The position numbers and the translations under genes were made by a program. The notes beneath the pieces were generated by a model that did not search any database, had not been told where the DNA came from, and saw nothing but the letters and a program-made list of their open reading frames with translations. Of a stretch of DNA of 20,000 nt, positions 1 through 7,324 are shown in pieces (position 1 is the stretch's first letter; each line of letters opens with the position of its first letter). The stretch is taken from sequence record SRR22947727_1573, one strand, 5' to 3'.

Positions 1-1
1 G

Positions 2-145
2 AAAACCCAGGCCAATCACCTGCGCATCGTGACAGAGCTGACCGTTGAGATTGAACACAGCGACACGCCCGCCCTGGTCGCCGATTGGATCAATGTTGCC
101 GTCTTCTCAGCACCGCAGCCACGCCATGAGGCCCGGCAGATATGA
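2..145 (+). CDS. MaoC/NodN-family (R)-enoyl-CoA hydratase/dehydratase, 3' end only
   Basis: Not in the ORF track. Frame from nt 2 reads KTQANHLRIVTELTVEIEHSDTPALVADWINVAVFSAPQPRHEARQI*. TVEIE..PALVADW resembles the C-terminus of NodN/MaoC hot-dog hydratases. The TGA stop overlaps the next ATG (ATGA 142-145). Confidence 0.7.
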   Translation, partial: KTQANHLRIVTELTVEIEHSDTPALVADWINVAVFSAPQPRHEARQI

Positions 146-1182
146 GCCAAACCCTTCACAAATATGATCCTGAACGCCTCTGCACATATTTGCAGCACCA
201 TGTGGCCGAATTTTCTGGATTGGCGGAGATCGTGAAATTTTCCGACGGCCAATCCAACCCAACATATAAGCTGACAGACACGGCCGGCCGCCATTTTGTG
301 CTGCGCGCCAAGCCACCGGGCACTTTGCTCAAATCCGCCCATGCGGTAGATCGCGAGTTTCGCGTCATGACCGCTTTGGCCACGACCGCTGTGCCCGTAC
401 CTCAAATGTTGCATCTGTCAGGCGAGGACAGTCCCCTGGGCGCGCAATTTTTGGTGATGGAACATCTGGAGGGGCGGGTGTTTTGGGATCCCGCCCTCCC
501 CGAGCAATCCCCGAAGTTTCGTCAAGACGCCTATCACGCCCTCGTGCGGACCCTGGCCGCTCTGCATGATGTGGATCCACAGGCCGTTGGACTGACTGAC
601 TTTGGCAAGCCGGGCAATTATTTTTCGCGGCAAGTCGCGCGCTGGACCGGGCAATATCGTGCCTGTGAGACACAAACACGTCCCGATATGGATTGGACCA
701 TCGCTTGGCTGGAACGCAACATGGTGCCAGATGATGGGCAAACCGCTATCGTGCATGGGGATTATCGTTTGGACAACGTCATGTTCGACGCAGACACTCC
801 CGATATGATCGCAGTTTTGGATTGGGAATTGTCCACGCTGGGGCATCCCTTTGCTGACCTTGCCTATCAATGCATGGGTCTGCGCCTGCCGCAAGATGGC
901 ATGATCAAGGGGCTTGAAGGCATTGACCGCAAGGCGCAGGGCCTGCCGGAAGAAGCTGAATATGTCGCGCAATACTGCGCTCTAAGAGGCATAGCGCCAC
1001 CTGAGAATTGGGCGTTTTATATGGTGTTTTCCTTCTTTCGACTGGCAGCCATTTTGGAAGGCGTTTTGCATCGTGCCCAATCGGGAAATGCCTCAAACCC
1101 CCGGGGCATGAATACGATGAGCCGCAGCATTGCCACTCTGGCCCAGGCCGCAAAACACTCCGCTCAGGGCCGCGTGTCATGA
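142..1182 (+). CDS. APH-family phosphotransferase, ACAD10/11 N-terminal kinase-like (LvaA-like), 346 aa
   Basis: Motifs F.DGQSNPTY, VLRAKPPG.LL.SAHAVDREFRVM.AL, catalytic HGDYRLDN and metal-binding LDWELSTLGHP.ADL are typical of the ACAD10_11_N-like kinase family. Confidence 0.9.
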   Translation: MSQTLHKYDPERLCTYLQHHVAEFSGLAEIVKFSDGQSNPTYKLTDTAGRHFVLRAKPPGTLLKSAHAVDREFRVMTALATTAVPVPQMLHLSGEDSPLGAQFLVMEHLEGRVFWDPALPEQSPKFRQDAYHALVRTLAALHDVDPQAVGLTDFGKPGNYFSRQVARWTGQYRACETQTRPDMDWTIAWLERNMVPDDGQTAIVHGDYRLDNVMFDADTPDMIAVLDWELSTLGHPFADLAYQCMGLRLPQDGMIKGLEGIDRKAQGLPEEAEYVAQYCALRGIAPPENWAFYMVFSFFRLAAILEGVLHRAQSGNASNPRGMNTMSRSIATLAQAAKHSAQGRVS

Positions 1183-1787
1183 TGCTCGACAGCACTTCGG
1201 TTAAGGGACGCATTTTAGATGCCGCCGCTCAGGCCTTTGCCACCCATGGGGTGGATCAGACCTCGATTGATGACATCGCCCGCGACCTTGGCGCCACCAA
1301 GGGCAAAATTTACCATCATTTCGGGTCAAAAAGTGAATTGGTCTGCGCCATTCGCAAACATTCCGTACAGCTCACGTTAGAACGAGTCCGCCCGCAGTTC
1401 GATGCCCCCCTGTCACCGCCGGAAAAATTTCACGCAATGGCCAAAGCGCATGTCATCGCGATGATATCAGAGCTGGCCTATCACCGGGTCGTGGTTGAGG
1501 AGATGCGCGGCTCAAAGACCGGCGGCGCGACACCGGCAGAGCGGGCTTTGCGCCTTGAAATCGCTGCGCTGCAATCGGAATATGAGGGCTTTTTCCGCAG
1601 CACTTTGGCGACAGGTATCGCCAGCGGGCATTTTCGCGACCAAGACATTTCGATCGCGGTGCGGAGCTTTTTGATGATGCTACATGCGCCGATCTATTGG
1701 TACCAGCCGCGCGACGCAGAAAATATCGCCACCATTGCTCAACAATTGGCCAATATGGCCTTGGGCGCAGTGGCAATGCCACAATGA
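1179..1787 (+). CDS. TetR/AcrR-family transcriptional regulator (KstR2-like C-terminus)
   Basis: HTH ILDAAAQAFATHG..TSIDDIARDLGATKGKIYHHFGSKSEL and C-terminal GIASGHFRD...WYQP. The start is placed at ATG 1179 (ATGA overlap with the kinase stop), not at the track's 1008. Confidence 0.9.
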   Translation: MMLDSTSVKGRILDAAAQAFATHGVDQTSIDDIARDLGATKGKIYHHFGSKSELVCAIRKHSVQLTLERVRPQFDAPLSPPEKFHAMAKAHVIAMISELAYHRVVVEEMRGSKTGGATPAERALRLEIAALQSEYEGFFRSTLATGIASGHFRDQDISIAVRSFLMMLHAPIYWYQPRDAENIATIAQQLANMALGAVAMPQ

Positions 1788-1861
1788 CATAATGAGATGT
1801 TGATCTCCCAAACACCTGCGTTTTACGCTGACAGGGCCCTGCAATCGCAAAGGACGCTTTA

Positions 1862-3952
1862 ATGACCCAACCTGTGACACTCTCAACGGCCGGTTCTATC
1901 GCCGTCATTGAGATCAATAACCCGCCAGTCAACGCGCTGAGCCAGGCCGTACGGCAAGGCTTGCTTGATGCGGTGGTGCAGGCGGATGCAGATGCGGCCG
2001 TCACAGCCATTGTGATCCTTGGGGCGGGGCGGAGCTTTCCGGCCGGGGCGGATATCAAGGAATTTGGCCAACCGATGCAGGATCCGCATTTGCCGGATGT
2101 GATTGATCGTATTGAAAGCTGCAGCAAGCCCGTGGTGGCCGCCCTGCATGGCACGGCTTTGGGGGGTGGATTTGAGATTGCCCTCGGCAGCCATTACCGC
2201 ATCGCTGTGCCTTCAGCGCGGGTGGGCTTGCCGGAAATTCATCTCGGGCTCATCCCCGGCGCCGGTGGCACGCAGCGTTTGCCGCGCTTATGTGGCGCAG
2301 CCATGGCGCTGGATATCATGTTCAAAGGCACACCCATCAGCGCGCAAGACGCTCTGGCCGCCGGATTGATCGACCGTTTGGCAGAGGGAGATTTGCGCCA
2401 GGCTGCTTTGATTTATGCCGCAGAGCTCCAAACCCCGCGCCGCAGCCGAGAGGCCACCTCAGGCCTCGCAGACAAAGCCGCCTTCGAAGCGGCGTTGACA
2501 GATGCCGAAGAGACGGCCAGAAGCCGCATGCGCGGGCAAATGGCCCCGCTCAAGATTGTCCAATGCCTGCGCGCCTGCATCACCCAACCTTTCGCCGATG
2601 GGCGCCTGTTCGAACGCGATTGCTTTTTCGAATGCCTCGCCTCGGAGCAATCTAAAGGTATGATTCATGCCTTTTTTGCCCAGCGCGCCAGTGCCAAAGT
2701 TCCCGAAGCCAGCCGCGCAGAACCGCGCCCCCTCAACCGCCTTGGGGTGGTGGGCGGCGGCACGATGGGCGCGGGCATCACCGTTGCGGCCCTGAACAGC
2801 GGCCTGCCCGTCACAATGATCGAGCGCGATCATGACAGCTTGGCGCGGGGCCGGGCCAATGTTGAGCAGGTCTATGATCGCCTGATTGCCAAGGGGCGCA
2901 TGAGCGAGGCGCAAAAATCTGATATTATGGCCAGATATCAAGGATCAACGCAGTTTGCCGATCTGTCGGAGGTCGACATGGTGATCGAAGCCGTTTTTGA
3001 ACGGCTTGATGTCAAACGAGCTGTGTTTGAACAGCTCGACAAAGTGCTAAAGCCCGACGCGGTTCTGGCCTCCAACACAAGCTATATCGACATAGATGAA
3101 ATTTCCAGCGTCACCAACCGCCGTAAACATGTGCTCGGCCTGCATTTCTTCAGCCCGGCAAATATCATGAAGCTGCTGGAAATTGTCGTCCCGCAAAGCG
3201 CCGCCGATGATGTGGTCGCAACAGGCTTCGCTTTGGCCAAAATTTTGGGCAAAACCCCCGTGCGCGCTGGCAATTCCCCTGGGTTTATTGGCAACCGCAT
3301 TCTTGGCAAATATGGCGATTGTGCCGCCCATATGATGGAGGACGGCGCCACGCCCTATGAGATTGATGCCGCTATTGTGGAGTTTGGCTATCCAATGGGC
3401 CTTCATGCCATGTATGATCTGGCCGGTCTGGACATCGGATGGGACAACCGCAAAGCCGCACAGGGCAAGCGCAACCCGGCGGAACGCTATGTTGAGATCG
3501 CCGATCGCATCTGTGAGCGCGGCTGGTTTGGGCAAAAAACTGGGCGCGGCTTTTATCTGTACCCTGACGGCGCACGCATCGGCGCGCCAGATCCTAAGAT
3601 TCTTGCTCTGATAGAGGCGGAACGCGCCAAAAAATCCATCACAACCCGCAGATTCACCGCCGAAGAGATCATGGCGCGCTATCTGGCCGCAATGGTCAAT
3701 GAAGCCTGTGAAGTTCTGCGTGAAGGGGTGGCCTTGAAACCCTCCGATATCGATGTGACCTTCGTGCACGGCTATGGCTTCCCGAGATATCGGGGCGGGC
3801 CGATGAACTATGCTGACAGCTATGGTCTGGCTCGTATGCTGGACGACATCCGCCGCTATGGGCAGCACGATCCGATATTTTGGCAAGCCTCGCCGTTACT
3901 GGTAGAGCTGGTGGCCTCGGGGCAAACTTTCAACGACCTGAACAAAGGATAG
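1862..3952 (+). CDS. Bifunctional enoyl-CoA hydratase / 3-hydroxyacyl-CoA dehydrogenase (PimF/FadB-like), 696 aa
   Basis: Crotonase domain (NPPVNALS, AGADIKEF, ALGGGFE, GLPEIHLGLIPGAGGTQRLPRL), then Rossmann GGGTMGAGI, IEAVFE, LASNTS, catalytic HFFSP..M.LLE and GFIGNR. RBS-like AAGGA upstream. Confidence 0.93.
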   Translation: MTQPVTLSTAGSIAVIEINNPPVNALSQAVRQGLLDAVVQADADAAVTAIVILGAGRSFPAGADIKEFGQPMQDPHLPDVIDRIESCSKPVVAALHGTALGGGFEIALGSHYRIAVPSARVGLPEIHLGLIPGAGGTQRLPRLCGAAMALDIMFKGTPISAQDALAAGLIDRLAEGDLRQAALIYAAELQTPRRSREATSGLADKAAFEAALTDAEETARSRMRGQMAPLKIVQCLRACITQPFADGRLFERDCFFECLASEQSKGMIHAFFAQRASAKVPEASRAEPRPLNRLGVVGGGTMGAGITVAALNSGLPVTMIERDHDSLARGRANVEQVYDRLIAKGRMSEAQKSDIMARYQGSTQFADLSEVDMVIEAVFERLDVKRAVFEQLDKVLKPDAVLASNTSYIDIDEISSVTNRRKHVLGLHFFSPANIMKLLEIVVPQSAADDVVATGFALAKILGKTPVRAGNSPGFIGNRILGKYGDCAAHMMEDGATPYEIDAAIVEFGYPMGLHAMYDLAGLDIGWDNRKAAQGKRNPAERYVEIADRICERGWFGQKTGRGFYLYPDGARIGAPDPKILALIEAERAKKSITTRRFTAEEIMARYLAAMVNEACEVLREGVALKPSDIDVTFVHGYGFPRYRGGPMNYADSYGLARMLDDIRRYGQHDPIFWQASPLLVELVASGQTFNDLNKG

Positions 3953-3956
3953 AGCT

Positions 3957-5153
3957 ATGGATCTGAACTTCACCGAAGCTGACCAGGCATTTCGCCAAGA
4001 GGTCATCGAATTTTTGAACGCCGAATTGCCAGCTGATATTTCGCGGAGGGTTCATGCGGACCTGCCTGTGAGCAAAGAGGACACAGAATTTTGGCATGCG
4101 GTTTTACATAAACGCGGCTGGCTGACGTACAATTGGCCCAAGTCCTTTGGCGGTGTGGGTTGGAGCCCCGTGCAGCAATTTATCTTCGAAGAAGAATGCG
4201 CCGCCGCTGGTACCCCGCGTATCTTGCCGTTTGGTCTTAAGATGCTGGCGCCTGTATTGATGGCTTTTGGCTCAAAAGAGCAGCAAGAGCACTGGCTCCC
4301 GCGCATGTGCGATGGCACGGATTGGTGGTGCCAAGGTTATTCAGAGCCAGGATCTGGATCTGATTTGGCCAGTCTCAAAACGAGCGCTGTCAAACAGGGC
4401 GATCACTATGTGATCAATGGTCAGAAAACTTGGACCACATTGGGCCAATACGCCAATATGATCTTTTGCCTCGTGCGCACGGACAGCGATTGCAAACCCC
4501 AGGCTGGAATTTCTTTCGTACTTGTGGATTTGGCAACGCCAGGTATCGAGATGCGCCCCATCCGCACTCTGGACGGGGGGCAGGAGGTGAATGAAGTATT
4601 TTTCACAGATGTCCGCGTTCCCGTTACAAATTTGGTGGGCGAGGAAAACAAAGGCTGGACCTATGCGAAATATTTACTGGCCCATGAACGCAATGGCATC
4701 GCCAATGTGGGCATTTCAGGCCAGAAACTTGCACGGCTCAAAGGCCTGTCCCTGACCCAAAAACGCGGGGGGAAACCTCTGGCCGATGATCCATTGTTTG
4801 CAGCAAGGCTGGCCCGTTTGGAGATTGAGCTGCGCAATCTGGAGACCACAAATTTGCGGGTCCTCGATGGGTTCTCCAAAGGCGCTGGACCGGGGCCCGA
4901 AAGCTCTATGTTGAAAATCATCGGATCGGAGTTAGAACAGAACTTCGACGATCTCACCCGCCGCGCCCTGGGACGGCAGGCACAGGCCCATACTCCCGAG
5001 GTGTTTGAACCGGGCTACAACGGACCACAGGTCGCGCCACAAGATATGGCCAATCAATCTGCCGCCTATTTCAACAAACGCAAGGTGTCGATCTACGGCG
5101 GCTCAAATGAGATACAAAAAAACATCATCACCAAAATGATATTGGGGCTTTAA
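3957..5153 (+). CDS. Acyl-CoA dehydrogenase, PimC-like large subunit
   Basis: WCQGYSEPGSGSDLASL, INGQKTWTT, NEVFFTDVRVP, GEENKGW..AKYLLAHER, SIYGGSNEIQKNII. Confidence 0.9.
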   Translation: MDLNFTEADQAFRQEVIEFLNAELPADISRRVHADLPVSKEDTEFWHAVLHKRGWLTYNWPKSFGGVGWSPVQQFIFEEECAAAGTPRILPFGLKMLAPVLMAFGSKEQQEHWLPRMCDGTDWWCQGYSEPGSGSDLASLKTSAVKQGDHYVINGQKTWTTLGQYANMIFCLVRTDSDCKPQAGISFVLVDLATPGIEMRPIRTLDGGQEVNEVFFTDVRVPVTNLVGEENKGWTYAKYLLAHERNGIANVGISGQKLARLKGLSLTQKRGGKPLADDPLFAARLARLEIELRNLETTNLRVLDGFSKGAGPGPESSMLKIIGSELEQNFDDLTRRALGRQAQAHTPEVFEPGYNGPQVAPQDMANQSAAYFNKRKVSIYGGSNEIQKNIITKMILGL

Positions 5154-5156
5154 ATT

Positions 5157-6251
5157 ATGGATTTTCAACCCACGGAAGAGCGCCGCATGCTGGCCGATAT
5201 GATCGGCAAATTCATTCAAAATGACTATCCGCTGAACGCGCGACTGGCAGCGGGCACCAGCGCTTTGGGCTATTGCCCCGAGGCCTATAGCACAATGGCA
5301 CAGCTGGGTTTGATCGGCGCATTATTTGACGAGGAGGTTGGCGGCTTTGGCGGTTCAGGATTTGACATCGCCACTGTCTTCACGGAGCTGGGCAAAGGTT
5401 TGGTGCTTGAACCGCTCAATGACACCGCTCTGACCAGTGGCTACATTCTGGCGCAGACTGGCCAGTTGAAGCTGGTGGAACAGATCATCCTTGGCCAAAA
5501 ACGGGTGGCGCTTGGTCTTATCGAAAATGGTGCCGATTATGATTGGGGCGCGCCAGAGACACTGGCGCGCCAATCGGGCGATAAATGGCACGTGAGCGGC
5601 GTGAAAACCTGTGTGAAATTCGCCCATGGGGCTGAAGCGATAATTGTCAGCGCGCAGACGCCATCGGCGCCGGGGATCAGCTTATTTTTGATTGAGGCCT
5701 CCGCTGCGGGGCTTGTGGAACATCCGTTCCAAACCGTCGATGGGGGCAATGCCTGCGAGATCACGCTGCATAAGACACCAGCTCAACTGTTGGGTGTCGA
5801 AGGTGCGGCCTATCCGTTGATCGATGCTGCAGCCGCACGCGCCACTTTGGCCCTCTGCGCCGAGGCCTTGGGGTTGATGGAGCGGATCAAAGATATGACC
5901 ATCGACTATATGCGCACGCGCAAACAATTCGGCAGCGTGCTGGGCAAATTTCAAGCGCTGCAACATCGCGTGGCGCAGATGCTGCTCGAAATTGAGCAGG
6001 CAAAATCGGCGGTTATCAATGCCGCGAATGATTTGCAGGCTCCCAGTGATGAACGCAACCGCGCCATCTCTGCGGCGAAATATTCCATCGGCCGCATTGG
6101 CTGCGCCGTTGCCGAAGAGGCGATCCAACTGCACGGCGGCATTGGAATGACCTGGGAGTATGATTTGGGGCATTTTGCCAAACGGCTTGTGATGATTGAT
6201 CATGAATGGGGCGATCAAGACGATCACCTGATGCGCTTCGCCCAAAGCTGA
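5157..6251 (+). CDS. Acyl-CoA dehydrogenase, PimD-like small subunit
   Basis: RKQFG..LGKFQALQHR and AIQLHGGIGMTWEY are present. The N-terminal FAD motif is degenerate and the C-terminus is short (DHEWGDQDDHL). It starts 3 nt after the PimC-like gene. Confidence 0.88.
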   Translation: MDFQPTEERRMLADMIGKFIQNDYPLNARLAAGTSALGYCPEAYSTMAQLGLIGALFDEEVGGFGGSGFDIATVFTELGKGLVLEPLNDTALTSGYILAQTGQLKLVEQIILGQKRVALGLIENGADYDWGAPETLARQSGDKWHVSGVKTCVKFAHGAEAIIVSAQTPSAPGISLFLIEASAAGLVEHPFQTVDGGNACEITLHKTPAQLLGVEGAAYPLIDAAAARATLALCAEALGLMERIKDMTIDYMRTRKQFGSVLGKFQALQHRVAQMLLEIEQAKSAVINAANDLQAPSDERNRAISAAKYSIGRIGCAVAEEAIQLHGGIGMTWEYDLGHFAKRLVMIDHEWGDQDDHLMRFAQS

Positions 6252-6302
6252 CCACCTACAAGCGGGCACCGTCGAATATCCTCAGCCGTCTCGAGGCTTA
6301 CC

Positions 6303-6353
6303 AGTATATTTCGACCTATCCAAAAGTATATTATTATATTTAAATATACTTTT
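6303..6353. promoter_or_regulatory. AT-rich operator-like array with an 11-bp inverted repeat
   Basis: AAAAGTATATT (6322-6332), a 10-nt spacer, then AATATACTTTT (6343-6353). An extra AGTATATT copy lies at 6303-6310. Confidence 0.5.
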
Positions 6354-6469
6354 TTTCTCCTAATATAATCTATTCGATAGTGCCATCTCAGAGGAAGTTT
6401 AGATACTACCAAGGTGAGATAGCCACCGTGCAGAAGTGTCATAAAGAGCCTGAAAGGGGACATGATCAA

Positions 6470-7237
6470 ATGCCTGCAATCACCGACAGCCCCCTCGCCC
6501 GTTCCACTGAGGTCATACGCCTCATTGGCATCCATGGGCCAATTAAGCTGCGGGATCTTGAGGCGCATGTATCGTTCTCTCGCTCTGCCTTGCATCGGAT
6601 TTGCGCCCAACTTGAAGCATTGAACTGGGCGCGGCGCCGGGTCTCGGACAAAGCCTATGTTCTCACATATGCCACTGATGATTTTTTTGCCTCAGCGCAA
6701 TTTTCAACTCCTGAAGTGGACCAAGTCCAGCCGGTTTTGGCCATGGCAAAGGTGGAGGGGTGCTACGACCTCACACTCTCAATGTTCAAAAACAAAATGC
6801 AACTCGCAGATGTCGACAGCACCAAGCCGCCGACCGACTGGGCCGCGGAACATTCGCTGTTTTTCTCAAATGCGGCGCTTTCTGCGCAGTCGGTAATGTC
6901 TGAGCAAACGCAAAAAACGCTCATCGCCAAGGCCATGATCCAGGCGACCCCAGAGGAGCAGACCTATCTGCGCATGGGAAAATACCACGAAGAGATCCAC
7001 AAAGGCCGGATGCGTGGTTATGTGCTCGACAAGACCCTGCCGTCGATCTCGTTTAGCTGGCACGCAGAAACCAGCGCGATTTGCACTCTGACCATAGAAC
7101 CGGCCCTAGCAACCCTCAGTGCGCGGCAAGAGTTCCTCAAAAACCACCGACGCATCATGGAAAGATTTTCGACCACATGCGGCGACCACTTTCAATCAGA
7201 TGAGGCGGCCATGAGTGAGTTACGGGCCTACGGCTGA
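6470..7237 (+). CDS. Divergent IclR-like winged-HTH transcriptional regulator, 255 aa
   Basis: N-terminus SPLARSTEVIRLIGIHGPIKLRDLEAHVSFSRSALHRICAQLEALNWARRRVSDKAYVLT fits an IclR/MhpR-type HTH, and the C-terminal half has the ...RMRGYV pattern. ATG 6470 follows AAAGGGGA (6453-6460) and is preferred over the track start at 6380. Confidence 0.68.
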   Translation: MPAITDSPLARSTEVIRLIGIHGPIKLRDLEAHVSFSRSALHRICAQLEALNWARRRVSDKAYVLTYATDDFFASAQFSTPEVDQVQPVLAMAKVEGCYDLTLSMFKNKMQLADVDSTKPPTDWAAEHSLFFSNAALSAQSVMSEQTQKTLIAKAMIQATPEEQTYLRMGKYHEEIHKGRMRGYVLDKTLPSISFSWHAETSAICTLTIEPALATLSARQEFLKNHRRIMERFSTTCGDHFQSDEAAMSELRAYG

Positions 7238-7268
7238 AATAAAACGCAAGGGCCCAACCATCTGTTTC

Positions 7269-7296
7269 TTGTCATGTTGCGCAGGACGGCCTACCT
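7269..7296 (+). promoter_or_regulatory. Possible sigma70-type promoter for the downstream acyl-CoA dehydrogenase
   Basis: TTGTCA (7269-7274), 16 nt, then CTACCT (7291-7296), loosely resembling the alphaproteobacterial CTTG..N..CTATAT pattern. Confidence 0.25.
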
Positions 7297-7324
7297 ACGG
7301 GATAAGTCCCCAAGGAGGCACAGC

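Noticed and set aside
1008..1178. N-terminal extensions in the ORF track (TetR 1008, IclR-like 6380, ACAD 7274, qor 9638, DUF1491 11454)
   Set aside because: Downstream starts have better RBS or stop/start coupling and match where the domains begin.
142..1182. Aminoglycoside resistance gene
   Set aside because: It has the APH fold, but the motifs (GQSNPTY, SAHAVDRE, DWELSTLG) and the acyl-CoA context point to the metabolic ACAD10/11-like kinase family.
6224..6610. 128-aa minus-strand ORF across the AT-rich spacer
   Set aside because: It overlaps two + strand genes, has no motif and has atypical composition.
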